IMG/VR virus record: IMGVR_UViG_3300037485_000957
Coordinates: 1-53,296 of that record
DNA length: 53,296 nucleotides
Source: a virus
Taxonomy: Duplodnaviria > Caudoviricetes
Direction: 5' to 3' (one strand)
Below the pieces are notes generated by a model. The model was not told the DNA's origin, did no database searches, and saw nothing but the letters and a program-made list of their open reading frames with translations. Shown here piece after piece: positions 19,474 through 29,152 of the stretch. Every line of letters starts with the position of its first letter. Position 1 is the first letter of the stretch. The position numbers and the translations under genes were made by a program.

Positions 19474-19656
19474 ATGAGAACAAAAATGATTATTCAGGAC
19501 GTATGCTTCATCCTTGTATGGTGTTGCGTATGTATTGCATTGATGGGCGCTGCGTTTGGCGTTTATTATAATGATGGCTTCTTGCTATGCTTTGCAGCAG
19601 CGACGGCAGTAATTGCCTTTGCGCTTACACTAATCGGAATAACTATAGACGTATGA
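19474..19656 (+). CDS. Small membrane protein with two TM segments
   Basis: Two hydrophobic segments; TACACACATG start context. Confidence 0.6.
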   Translation: MRTKMIIQDVCFILVWCCVCIALMGAAFGVYYNDGFLLCFAAATAVIAFALTLIGITIDV

Positions 19657-19856
19657 GAACTATTGCAAATGTATTGGGGGTGGTGGCACTGGTGTCACTC
19701 TTCACAGGGCTTGCGCTCTACAATTATAACCAGACAGCCGGTATTGTGCTGATGTGTGAGGGGTTGATACTGTTTATCATCTTCACCCTCGTGGACGATA
19801 AAATTGTCGAGCAGAAGCAATCTGACGCAATGCGTCGTAACACATACAGATATTGA
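19653..19856 (+). CDS. Small membrane protein with two TM segments
   Basis: Likely start MRTIANVLG through an ATGA overlap. Confidence 0.6.
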   Translation: MRTIANVLGVVALVSLFTGLALYNYNQTAGIVLMCEGLILFIIFTLVDDKIVEQKQSDAMRRNTYRY

Positions 19857-19959
19857 ACGATCTATTGGTATTGCTTAACGAGGCTGACAAGCTACGGGAG
19901 GCACGTATGGCGGACGAGAAGCGCCTATTGAGGATACAATCACTACTAAATTCAATCAA

Positions 19960-20199
19960 ATGAACCATTATGAAGTACAGGGGACGTACGGCAGTTCCCA
20001 AACGCCATGCACAATTTATGTGTATGATAATAGAGACGGCAGTAAGTGGTACTGCGTCGAAGGTAGTAAGAACGTAAACAAAACCAACGACGACCTCGAT
20101 GAGGGCGTTGACGTGGAATATGTAGGGGACATTGACACCTTCACATGCAGTGAAGAGATCAACTCACTTGCGGATCTTGTTATAGAAATCGAATACTAA
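19960..20199 (+). CDS. Hypothetical acidic protein
   Basis: 79-aa ORF. Confidence 0.65.
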   Translation: MNHYEVQGTYGSSQTPCTIYVYDNRDGSKWYCVEGSKNVNKTNDDLDEGVDVEYVGDIDTFTCSEEINSLADLVIEIEY

Positions 20200-20225
20200 T
20201 CACACACACTTAATTCTACACACAC

Positions 20226-20381
20226 ATGAAAAATTCCTTTGTAATCATCAAACTAATGGTGGCGATAATGCTTGTCGCTGCAATGACACAGGGCTGCGCT
20301 ACACATAATTCCACGTATAGTAAGAGGGGACTTGTAAAGCACGGATGTCGCGGAGCTAAGGTTATCCCGCATCGTCGATGA
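20226..20381 (+). CDS. Small putative lipoprotein (51 aa; not in ORF track)
   Basis: MKNSFVIIKLMVAIMLVAAMTQG-C...; TACACACACATG start context. Confidence 0.5.
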   Translation: MKNSFVIIKLMVAIMLVAAMTQGCATHNSTYSKRGLVKHGCRGAKVIPHRR

Positions 20382-20472
20382 ATGCGGATGCAGAAGTAAT
20401 CACGGGCGTTAATTGCGCCCATTTTTCAACTTACAAATACAAACACAATTCACTTTTTAATCCTACACACAC

Positions 20473-21780
20473 ATGGAAGATTTAGTATTAATTACCGACG
20501 GAAGCAGAGCAGGTGAAATCCTGCCACAATCACAAGTGGTAACGCTCAGTAGCGAGTGGTACGCAGGTTTTATAAACGACGGCATCCAGTACGGGCCGAC
20601 AGCGCATGTTGATAGCACAGTTACGCTGTGTGAATACTCAGAGTATGCCGATCAAATCATCCTTTCTGGCGACGGCACAGAGACAGAAGACGGATGGGTA
20701 CACTTGACCGAACGCACGATTCGTGACGAGTCAGGGCATTGCGAATATCCTGTCATGTACACCAGAAGAGGTTATTACAATATGGTGGAGTTGTACGATG
20801 GGCTGTATGCTTCTAGTGAAAGCGATGACATTTACCACGGGTTTATCAACACCAGCGGCAGGATGGGGTACTTCGTCGATAGTGATGGCGACAGAGTGGA
20901 GGATGCTAGTGGGGTTTGGTATCGCACTAGCTACATAGCGAATCACCTGGGGCTTGAGGACGATGGCTGTGGTATCTATCGCACTCCTGAGCAGTGGACT
21001 GCTGACTATGCAGACTACAGCCATCCCGACAAGAGCGATGACGCTGTTATCAAGTTCGGCATCGAGGTGGAGAAGGAAGACTCCTCTGCACTTGAATCTA
21101 TCAGGAGTCGTGAGTTGTATGACGCTACAGGATGGGCTAAAGAGCGCGATGGATCACTTAATAACGACGGATACGAACTCGTATCACCCACGTATGATCT
21201 TATGAACTTACGTAAGTTCAAAGAGGCGCTATCGGATAGCGACATTGCACGTCACGTCAATGGCGACTACAGCGACAACTGCGGAGGGCACATCACCATA
21301 TCACATGGCGACTACACACCAAGCGAACTGTTCGAAGGTATCACAGGGTTCTTCCCTCTCATCTACGGGCTGTATCCTAAGCGTACACAGCAGGACTACT
21401 GCCATGCAAAGAGCAAGCGTGTGATGGGTAATGATCCCGACAAGCGTAGCGCGTTCTTTATCAAGCACAAAATGCTTGAGTGTAGAATCTTCCCTGCCTT
21501 CCGTAATGTAGACAACACCATCTGGCGCATAGAGCTGATGCAAATCATGCTCAGCAACATCAACATGTCAGAGAACGAGGTACTTAAGATGTTGGTGAAC
21601 ACCAAGAGCAAGCTACATAAGCACATCATGCTCATGTACAAGAAGGCAGAACGTGAGAATGCTTCCGAGTGCCTGATGGAATTATGCACACGATTCGTGC
21701 AGTACGCTCGCCAATACAATCACGTCAACCTAAGCAGCACGTTGACTATCATTCAGAACAATAACAAAAAAGCTGCATAA
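20473..21780 (+). CDS. Putative amidoligase (COOH-NH2 ligase family)
   Basis: FGIEVE, ERDGSL..GYELVSP, CGGHITIS and LECRIF motifs. Confidence 0.85.
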   Translation: MEDLVLITDGSRAGEILPQSQVVTLSSEWYAGFINDGIQYGPTAHVDSTVTLCEYSEYADQIILSGDGTETEDGWVHLTERTIRDESGHCEYPVMYTRRGYYNMVELYDGLYASSESDDIYHGFINTSGRMGYFVDSDGDRVEDASGVWYRTSYIANHLGLEDDGCGIYRTPEQWTADYADYSHPDKSDDAVIKFGIEVEKEDSSALESIRSRELYDATGWAKERDGSLNNDGYELVSPTYDLMNLRKFKEALSDSDIARHVNGDYSDNCGGHITISHGDYTPSELFEGITGFFPLIYGLYPKRTQQDYCHAKSKRVMGNDPDKRSAFFIKHKMLECRIFPAFRNVDNTIWRIELMQIMLSNINMSENEVLKMLVNTKSKLHKHIMLMYKKAERENASECLMELCTRFVQYARQYNHVNLSSTLTIIQNNNKKAA

Positions 21781-21801
21781 CCTTTTAATACTACGACAAT
21801 C

Positions 21802-22914
21802 ATGTGTATAGCAATATTGAACAAGACAGGAATCATCTCTAAGGACGCATTCAAGAATTCATGGGAGAATAATTATGATGGTGCAGGATTCGCCTACAGC
21901 GACGGCAACAAAATCTTTGTACATAAGGATGACAAAGGCTATGAGTCTTTCTATAAGATGTATGCAAAGCATCGTAAGAAATTCCCTCAGCAGACGTTTC
22001 TCGTACACTTCCGCATCTCCACGCACGGCACTGTAACCAAAGACAACCTACATCCATTCGTCATCAATGACAACGTGGCTTTGATTCACAATGGTATGGT
22101 GGATCTCAAGGATCATAGCATGAAGGATAACCGTAGCGATACACGCTTCCTATGCGAGGAGATACTATCGCACATGCCTGATGGATGGCATCTGTCCACA
22201 GGTGTGCATAAGATGATTGGTGAGTTTGGTGGAGGATCGAAGTTCGTCATGCTCGACATCGACAACAATCACTCATTCGTCAATGAGAAGTCAGGGCATT
22301 GGTTCGAGGATAACTGGTACTCTAACAAGAGCTATGTCGCTGTAGAGCGTTACGTTGACTACGGAGGCACTCGTAAGGAAAAGGACTTCATGGGTTATTC
22401 GTTGCCAAGCTACGGCAAATCTTCAGGGTATCTCGGGAATTATCAGACAGCAGTACAGTCTATCCCATACACCAAAGTTACTATGCTTGAGAAGCATCTG
22501 AAGAGCATAGCGGTTATTGATAGCAAGCGTTATGTGTTCTCAGGTAATGTAGATCAGAAGACAGCCAACGACTACGCTGTTGTAGAGAGCACCTCTCGCT
22601 CATCATCCATCCTGCCTGATACATGGTATCACATCGATGGGCATCAAGACAATAAGAAGTACTACGCTATGCTGTGGACTACGTACCTCGGAGAGAAGTA
22701 TAGCTTCATCGCAGAGAATGGCATGCATGGGTTTAGTGGTGTTGTTGCGCTACCTGTTGTAGTGACTAATGAAACGCTACTGTGTGCCGTCATCGAGCAG
22801 TGGGAATCAGCTAAGCCTCACTCCACATCTGCCGATAAGCTAGACATAGCTATTGACAACTGCTTCAACTTAGTAGCAGACGCTTACGACATGGTCGAAT
22901 CTATTAACGCCTAA
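21802..22914 (+). CDS. Class II glutamine amidotransferase
   Basis: N-terminal MCIAI, NYDGAG, HFRISTHG, NLHPF, HNG and SDT. Confidence 0.9.
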   Translation: MCIAILNKTGIISKDAFKNSWENNYDGAGFAYSDGNKIFVHKDDKGYESFYKMYAKHRKKFPQQTFLVHFRISTHGTVTKDNLHPFVINDNVALIHNGMVDLKDHSMKDNRSDTRFLCEEILSHMPDGWHLSTGVHKMIGEFGGGSKFVMLDIDNNHSFVNEKSGHWFEDNWYSNKSYVAVERYVDYGGTRKEKDFMGYSLPSYGKSSGYLGNYQTAVQSIPYTKVTMLEKHLKSIAVIDSKRYVFSGNVDQKTANDYAVVESTSRSSSILPDTWYHIDGHQDNKKYYAMLWTTYLGEKYSFIAENGMHGFSGVVALPVVVTNETLLCAVIEQWESAKPHSTSADKLDIAIDNCFNLVADAYDMVESINA

Positions 22915-22924
22915 TCCAACTACA

Positions 22925-23287
22925 ATGTACAAGATATCAAAATCCAAACTGCATGTCAGCCATTTCCGTAACGCATCTCCAATGGAACTGCGCAATTACG
23001 TTATCGAGCAATTTCCTCGCCTTGTGCCATTCCTTACTACCTCTGTCTTGCCAATACAATTCAAGGCAGCGGATATGCTATGGACTCCTGTATTACTGGA
23101 GCGAATTGACTATGTCATTACTGATGAAGACTTGCGTGCCCAGGTTGCTGAGATAGGAGTTAAATACACGGAGACTAATGACGCTCTTCACTCTCGTGAC
23201 TGCTTCATTCATGATCTAAACACCCTGCTCCAAACATGGAATGAGAAGTATGCCATCCTACGATTGGCTGGCATAGAAGTCAAATGA
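22925..23287 (+). CDS. Hypothetical protein
   Basis: 120-aa ORF in operon context. Confidence 0.6.
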   Translation: MYKISKSKLHVSHFRNASPMELRNYVIEQFPRLVPFLTTSVLPIQFKAADMLWTPVLLERIDYVITDEDLRAQVAEIGVKYTETNDALHSRDCFIHDLNTLLQTWNEKYAILRLAGIEVK

Positions 23288-23311
23288 TATATTGTGTGTG
23301 TGTATAGAACG

Positions 23312-23348
23312 CTTTGTGTCCACTGAATGTGGATGCAAAGCTTCTTTA
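23312..23348 (+). terminator. Probable terminator hairpin
   Basis: CTTTGTGTCCAC-tgaat-GTGGATGCAAAG followed by CTTCTTT. Confidence 0.5.
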
Positions 23349-23415
23349 ATCGCACAATCAGCACAATCTGTAGACTTCAAAATCGAAACACACTTCACTA
23401 ACTAAATACACAAAC

Positions 23416-23691
23416 ATGAAAGTATTCATTATTGCCAATGGAATGCATGCACCACAGATTGTGTCGTGCGCAGCGTTCGGACTCGATGAGATCACCACCA
23501 CCCGTAATGGCTGCATTGAAGCCAGTCAAGAATTCCGCACTATAGTAGAGGCCCGTGAGTATCTCAAGGAGGTTGCTTATAGCTTCTACGAAGGAGAGGA
23601 CGCTGAGCGTAAGGCTAACCACACCAAGAACTCACTGACGATTAATGACGTGACGGCACGTATCTATCAACTACGGGAGATTACATCATGA
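23416..23691 (+). CDS. Hypothetical protein
   Basis: ORF with an A/C-rich leader. Confidence 0.6.
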   Translation: MKVFIIANGMHAPQIVSCAAFGLDEITTTRNGCIEASQEFRTIVEAREYLKEVAYSFYEGEDAERKANHTKNSLTINDVTARIYQLREITS

Positions 23692-23829
23692 GCGACGTTA
23701 ATACAGAGCAGGAGGCTATCGTGCTATTGAAGCAAGCAGCTGACCTAATAGAGAAAGCAATGCAGACACACCCTACCTCGCTGGGGTTGTGTCTCAATTA
23801 CATTGAAGTACAACTAACAAAGAAAGATC

Positions 23830-24099
23830 ATGAAGACTGAACAATTCCCAAACGGATTTGAGGATTGGCATGAGACGCACTACGAGATAGTAGAGCGTCT
23901 CACCCTGATTCTATGTGACGACGAACTTGATGAGGACAGCGTCATAGCTAAGCGATACGATGAGCAAGGGCGTGGCGGTATGTATGAACTCGCTCAGGAA
24001 CTAACCGATGCCTTTGAATTAGAATACGAAGGCGCTGTATGGGGCGATGAAATGGACTACCAAGAGACACTTGGAAACTTCTTAAGCGCTAAGCTATGA
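23830..24099 (+). CDS. Hypothetical acidic protein
   Basis: 89 aa, FPNGFEDWHETHYEIV, very Asp/Glu-rich. Confidence 0.65.
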   Translation: MKTEQFPNGFEDWHETHYEIVERLTLILCDDELDEDSVIAKRYDEQGRGGMYELAQELTDAFELEYEGAVWGDEMDYQETLGNFLSAKL

Positions 24100-24428
24100 A
24101 CAACACTATCATATCGCCTCGATACTTCGGAGACTTATCAGGCATAGACTCACTACTACCTTTCGATAACAAAGAAGTGGGCGTGTATAACATCGAATAC
24201 TGTAGGTCAGGCTATGGTAGGTACAAGCTGACGTTAAGTATAGACGTTGATAACGTACGCGCCCTACTTACCTCATACACGGACGACTCACGTATGATTG
24301 ATGAATGGCGTACACGTGACGGGGAGCTTAACATTAAGTCTATCAGGAAAGCTATTGAGCACGTGCTTGAGCACAATCAATTAGAGCTTGAAGAATTCAT
24401 TCACATGACTAACGACAACGAGCTATGA
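24096..24428 (+). CDS. Hypothetical protein
   Basis: Coupled ORF. Confidence 0.6.
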   Translation: MNNTIISPRYFGDLSGIDSLLPFDNKEVGVYNIEYCRSGYGRYKLTLSIDVDNVRALLTSYTDDSRMIDEWRTRDGELNIKSIRKAIEHVLEHNQLELEEFIHMTNDNEL

Positions 24429-24905
24429 GACAAAGCATTGTAAGTATGATATGGAAATGCTTAAAGCCCCTTTGGGTGTTCTTCACTATCGTGGGGATTC
24501 CGCTGGCTTTGATAAGCGGGAACGCACTTTATTGGATGATGGCATGGATTGTATTAGTATGCGGATTATTCATCGCTATCCTTAGATGGAACTAGCGTGA
24601 GGCCCGTGATACGATACAGCCGATGGTACTATCCTATCGCTATCCCCTGCATGATCGTGCTGATATACGTACTGGATTCCCCGTATGGTATCGCTTTAAT
24701 CTTCGCATGGGAGTCAGCGCTAGGATGGCTACTCATCTGCCTGCAAAATAAGAAGTGAGCAATAATACGTATAAGTGTGGTAATTAAGTAGTTACGCATA
24801 AATCGCACATAACTCGACAGGGTACTTTGTAGTGATACCAAGGCTTTGCGGTGAGTTGCGATTTATGTTTAGTATTTGTTTATCTTTACAGCATAAAACG
24901 TATAT

Positions 24906-25295
24906 TTGATGGAGGGTGATGATTTTGAATCAAGGAGAATGGAGTTGCTTAACGCAAGATTTGTATTCGTTACAGCAAAGGATGTACTCAGGATACTCAA
25001 TAAACACCTACCTATAGAGCTTGTTGGCAAGAGAAAGAACAGAGCGAAAGTTATAGGGTGCTATCTCTTTTTGATGCAGAACTATACAAACGAAGTCTAC
25101 TCGTATAGAGATTATGCGAATCAGTGGGGATTGAAATACACTCAATCAATCCACCATTATATAGGCAGGCACAAACAGATATATCAAACGAGCGAGGGGT
25201 ATCAGCACTTGGTGCTCCTGTGCTTGCGCGATATGAAACGGAAGAACGACAGACTCAAAAAGGTATTTGAAACTAAAATAACAAGCTTGGAATAA
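24906..25295 (+). CDS. Hypothetical protein, possibly DNA-binding
   Basis: 129 aa, basic. Confidence 0.5.
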   Translation: MMEGDDFESRRMELLNARFVFVTAKDVLRILNKHLPIELVGKRKNRAKVIGCYLFLMQNYTNEVYSYRDYANQWGLKYTQSIHHYIGRHKQIYQTSEGYQHLVLLCLRDMKRKNDRLKKVFETKITSLE

Positions 25296-25501
25296 TGACG
25301 ACGTTTAAGAACTATGAATCGTGGGTATTTACTAATGGGATTGTTGGAGACGTGTTCTTCTCGCAGAAGTCAGAGCGCACCCTTACCGCATCAGCTGGAT
25401 ACTACAATAGAAAGATTACCACAGAAAGAATCGTGGCCGTCTCAGGGACAAGAGAAGCACCTGAGGCTTCAAGTATCGTCAAGGTGACTATACTACAATA
25501 A
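25295..25501 (+). CDS. Hypothetical protein
   Basis: Coupled ORF. Confidence 0.55.
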   Translation: MTTFKNYESWVFTNGIVGDVFFSQKSERTLTASAGYYNRKITTERIVAVSGTREAPEASSIVKVTILQ

Positions 25502-25517
25502 CTCTAAACTAAACAAC

Positions 25518-25907
25518 ATGAGAACACTACTAACATCAATTTGCTTAATGGCATGCTTGTCATCAAGCGCACAGGCCCTGCTTGGGTACTCGTACATGGA
25601 TATATCCGAAACTCTGGATGATCGTGATGTAAAGATTGGCAATACGGATGATGATAATACGCTGTATATGTCGTACTCGTCAACGAACAACCAGCATGTG
25701 TATTACTTCGACAAGGACAAGGTGTGCTATATGTACGTGATGAGTCCTCTAACTCAGGTGTCTCTTAATGCTGGCGTTGAGTTCTATAATAAGAACTACG
25801 TGATTATGTCTGATACGCATTGGATGATGTATACGTCAGGAGGGACGTGCGACATACACCTGATCCGTGACGGGAAACTAACTTACTTCTTATGGAAAAT
25901 ACTATGA
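25518..25907 (+). CDS. Putative secreted protein
   Basis: Signal peptide-like MRTLLTSICLMACLSSSA-Q. Confidence 0.65.
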   Translation: MRTLLTSICLMACLSSSAQALLGYSYMDISETLDDRDVKIGNTDDDNTLYMSYSSTNNQHVYYFDKDKVCYMYVMSPLTQVSLNAGVEFYNKNYVIMSDTHWMMYTSGGTCDIHLIRDGKLTYFLWKIL

Positions 25908-26323
25908 GCACCTACTACACACCAAAGCTTGAAGAGTTTCGTATTGGGTTTCAGTACGAATGGCTTAATGAAGATAAAGAGTGGGTTAAAGTTGATTCCC
26001 CAGAAGTAATAACTCCTGATGGTTATGATGAACAATTCTGTGGATTAAGAGTCAAGCACCTCGACCGCGATGATATTGAAGGGGAGGGATGGGCGTTTAC
26101 AGGTCGTTCAATTGATATTTGGTTTAAGATACCATGTAACGAAACGCCTGGAGGAAGGAATAAGCTGACACATTTGACTATGCATTATAATGTTAAAGAC
26201 CATGAAATGAAAATCACGGCATTTTTTGGTGATACTGACGAGGGCTGTTTATTTGAAGGCTTTATCCTCAACCTATCCGAGTTCCGCAAACTGATGAAAC
26301 AACTTAACATCAAGAAACCATGA
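25892..26323 (+). CDS. Hypothetical phage protein
   Basis: YYTPKLEEFRIGFQYE...RVKHLDRDDIEGEGW. Confidence 0.65.
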   Translation: MENTMSTYYTPKLEEFRIGFQYEWLNEDKEWVKVDSPEVITPDGYDEQFCGLRVKHLDRDDIEGEGWAFTGRSIDIWFKIPCNETPGGRNKLTHLTMHYNVKDHEMKITAFFGDTDEGCLFEGFILNLSEFRKLMKQLNIKKP

Positions 26324-26763
26324 AAACACAAGAAGAACTAATCGCAATCGCAAAAACAATTTTAGACGAGAACAAACACGCGGCACTAAGCGGTTCGCTT
26401 GGGCTGGCGATACAAGGAATCAATATCAGAAGAAAGCCACAAGACATTGACATCAACGTGCCAAGCGGAGTGCGATTTATGATGCTTCCTAACATGAAAA
26501 TAAGAGAAGCTTCATCCGATCAGTATGAATCGGATGGATATACTCTAGAAGCATACACTCTCGAAGGCGTAAATATTGATGTTTTGATTAGCGATTATGA
26601 AGATACGGATATAGGAGAGATCATCTTTAATGCTAAAAACAAAATAAGGCTAGTCGAATCAGTAAAGATTCTTTCTTTCAAAATGCAGCACTCGTTGGAC
26701 GATAATGTCTCTACTCGACACAAACACAAATACGACCTCATTCACATTCTTGTAAACAACTGA
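26320..26763 (+). CDS. Nucleotidyltransferase-fold protein
   Basis: LSGSLGLAIQG...RKPQDIDI (GS...DxD motif). Confidence 0.6.
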   Translation: MKTQEELIAIAKTILDENKHAALSGSLGLAIQGINIRRKPQDIDINVPSGVRFMMLPNMKIREASSDQYESDGYTLEAYTLEGVNIDVLISDYEDTDIGEIIFNAKNKIRLVESVKILSFKMQHSLDDNVSTRHKHKYDLIHILVNN

Positions 26764-26766
26764 ACC

Positions 26767-27054
26767 ATGACGAACCTAATCATCTCACCAATCATCTACA
26801 CAAACTATCACCACGCACCAGTGACTACTGAACAAGAGCATACGCTAATTTCTGTGTTCGCTATATTGACTTTCATTTGGATAGTATCCATTATTGTAAG
26901 ATTGATTCAAATGAAAGGGGACTTTAAACGCGCAGTAGCGATTGACACTTGCGACTCGCTAGTATTCTTCACCTCGCATACGTCTATGGTTATTATGTGG
27001 GGAATTGTCTTACTCTTCATCGCTGGTAATTACATTTCTAAACTAATCTTCTAA
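26767..27054 (+). CDS. Membrane protein with two TM segments
   Basis: Two hydrophobic stretches. Confidence 0.6.
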   Translation: MTNLIISPIIYTNYHHAPVTTEQEHTLISVFAILTFIWIVSIIVRLIQMKGDFKRAVAIDTCDSLVFFTSHTSMVIMWGIVLLFIAGNYISKLIF

Positions 27055-27314
27055 TGAAACGACTCCTATTCCTCCTGCTCATAGCAATCTCGCTAACATC
27101 CTGCGAGAAGTCATGCTACCGATTCATCGTCACTAGCAAGACGACAACGTACAACAACTACAACGACAAGACAACCACCTCATACATCACGCAGTGCAAT
27201 CTAACGGCTAGGAAAGCACGTAAGGTGTCAGAGGGTATGACTAACACGGTGCGCACAGGCGTTGGCAAGCAGCTGGTTACGGTGGAAACGACGTGTATGT
27301 ATATGATTAATTGA
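27054..27314 (+). CDS. Putative lipoprotein
   Basis: MKRLLFLLLIAISLTS-C lipobox. Confidence 0.7.
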   Translation: MKRLLFLLLIAISLTSCEKSCYRFIVTSKTTTYNNYNDKTTTSYITQCNLTARKARKVSEGMTNTVRTGVGKQLVTVETTCMYMIN

Positions 27315-27320
27315 TAACAG

Positions 27321-27426
27321 GGTTGGGTGGCGGAAATTGGATAGACGCTAACTCGGAGGTCTAAGATGAAATGTAAGTCAGCGAGCGAGTACTTTCATCA
27401 TGCAGGATCATACCCTGCCCCAACCA
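27321..27426 (+). ncRNA. tRNA-Leu-like RNA C (aberrant anticodon arm, extended variable arm)
   Basis: Perfect GGTTGGG/CCCAACC acceptor, TGGCGGAAATTGGATAGACGC D arm, GCAGG-ATCATAC-CCTGC T arm, A discriminator. Confidence 0.7.
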
Positions 27427-27468
27427 CAAGCACTTCTGGGCGGAGTTATAAAACCCACAACAAATACC

Positions 27469-27771
27469 ATGAACCAAGAAGGATTATTACCAAACCCAAA
27501 TGACCGAGCAGAATTAGGGCAAGAGCAACCACCACTAGATCACGTCCCAGGGCTAACTAGAGGGGAAGCGAAAGAATACAGACCATCTAATTCAGAAGTA
27601 CTTCGTGAGTATGAGATCAAAATATCATTCCTCAATAGAGGGTGTATTGTGAACGTGGGCTGTAAGTCTATTGCTTTTGAATCAGTAACCTCAGCGATGA
27701 AGGAAATCAACGAGTATGTAAATGCCCCTTTTGAGACTCAGAAGAAATGGAGAGCGGTGTTAGATAGCTAG
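27469..27771 (+). CDS. Hypothetical protein between the two tRNA-like RNAs
   Basis: Likely start MNQEGLLP; the longer track start at 27400 lies inside the RNA. Confidence 0.6.
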   Translation: MNQEGLLPNPNDRAELGQEQPPLDHVPGLTRGEAKEYRPSNSEVLREYEIKISFLNRGCIVNVGCKSIAFESVTSAMKEINEYVNAPFETQKKWRAVLDS

Positions 27772-27778
27772 AATAAAT

Positions 27779-27865
27779 GAAGGGGTGGCGGAACTGGTAG
27801 ACGCTATACTTAAGCAGTTGAAGCTGGGAAATTCAACAATGCAGGATCATACCCTGCCCCCTTCA
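27779..27865 (+). ncRNA. tRNA-Leu-like RNA D (collapsed anticodon stem)
   Basis: Perfect GAAGGGG/CCCCTTC acceptor, TGGCGGAACTGGTAGACGC D arm, T arm identical to RNA C, GTTGAA/TTCAAC variable arm, CTTAAGC pseudo-anticodon loop. Confidence 0.7.
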
Positions 27866-27887
27866 CAAACATTAAATAACGAACATC

Positions 27888-28331
27888 ATGAGCAACTACA
27901 GAGAATACGACAACGCACCGAATATGAAGCAGAATATCGGAAGAAGGTTTGAGTTTATAGATATTGGGAATAAAAGCAAGGAATACACTTTGCATTACGA
28001 TGTTCAAGACGGTTATTATGGAGTCAATGAAAAGAGTAAAGTCTTTTTCGTAATGGACGGTTACGGCATTGCTGTTATACACAGTAATAACACATTCACT
28101 TGGATTGAGCCACCCCTCGCCACCGCCAGCGAGGTATCGCACCCACATTACTACGGAGGCGAGGATAACGTCTACGAGGCGATTAAAGTCATCCAAGCAC
28201 ACGATCTGAACTTCTGCCTCGGTAATGCTATCAAGTACGTCCTACGGGCAGGTAAGAAGGAATCCGACACACGAATCAAAGACCTTCAGAAAGCGATTGA
28301 ATATTTACAGTTTGAAATTGAGAAAGGATGA
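27888..28331 (+). CDS. DUF3310-domain protein
   Basis: VSHPHYY...EAIKVI...FCLGNAIKYVLRAGKK...DLQKAIEYL. Confidence 0.8.
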   Translation: MSNYREYDNAPNMKQNIGRRFEFIDIGNKSKEYTLHYDVQDGYYGVNEKSKVFFVMDGYGIAVIHSNNTFTWIEPPLATASEVSHPHYYGGEDNVYEAIKVIQAHDLNFCLGNAIKYVLRAGKKESDTRIKDLQKAIEYLQFEIEKG

Positions 28332-29152
28332 AAAACATACACGTATTGCCAACGGAGAAATGCACTCGGTTATACTTTTCTAATTATGGCAAAGAATTTA
28401 ATTTAGCAAGTCGTCCTGCTACACTTTATCACACAGGTCAACACATCTACGTCACTTCATCAGAAGAGATTAAAGTAGGAGATTGGTTTTACTTATATGA
28501 TGCGGATATTATCGCCAAGTACGTGAGTGTAAAACCTGTGGGAGAAAGTAAAAAAATCATCCTAACGACAGACCAAGACTTAATTGCTGATGGTGTACAA
28601 GCTATTGATGATGAGTTTCTGCAATGGTTTGTTAAGAATCCAAGTTGTGAGGATGTTAAGGTAGATGACTGGTTAGATAATGCGGGATGTATTGCTTGGG
28701 GATTGTCTGGTAGATACCAAATAATCATTCCAACCGAAGAGCCTAAAAGAAAAATAGATTCTTGCAAGTATTTTAATGAAGAGATAGGATGCAATCAAAT
28801 TGATTGTAAATGTGAAAAAGAAGAACCTAAACAGGATTATAAAAAGCTGTCTGAAGAATTTACAGAAGCCTTAAAAAGCATTCCTGATGATGTATTTCTT
28901 GAATACACTAAACCTAAAAAAGAAACGATTGAAGAAGCAACTGATAGAGTTAGAGAAGAATATCCATTTTGGTTTGAGGATAATTCTTTTGGTTTAGGTG
29001 CTGCATGGCAAGAAGGAAGGATGTATAGCGAGGAGGAGGTGTTGCAAATAGTAGATAATTACAGACATCAGTTTGAATTATACAGGAATATTCAAGTATT
29101 GCCTGATATGTTCTTTGAGTGGTTTGATAAAACAAGAAAACAGAAATCATGA
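28328..29152 (+). CDS. Hypothetical modular phage protein
   Basis: MKNIHVLPTEK, KKIILTTDQDLIADGVQAIDDEFLQWFVKNPSCE, ETIEEA and RMYSEEEV segments. Confidence 0.75.
   Translation: MKNIHVLPTEKCTRLYFSNYGKEFNLASRPATLYHTGQHIYVTSSEEIKVGDWFYLYDADIIAKYVSVKPVGESKKIILTTDQDLIADGVQAIDDEFLQWFVKNPSCEDVKVDDWLDNAGCIAWGLSGRYQIIIPTEEPKRKIDSCKYFNEEIGCNQIDCKCEKEEPKQDYKKLSEEFTEALKSIPDDVFLEYTKPKKETIEEATDRVREEYPFWFEDNSFGLGAAWQEGRMYSEEEVLQIVDNYRHQFELYRNIQVLPDMFFEWFDKTRKQKS

Noticed and set aside
27779-27865. Functional tRNA-Leu(TAA)
   Set aside because: The bases flanking CTTAAGC do not form an anticodon stem and the T-loop is non-canonical, so it is reported as tRNA-like only.
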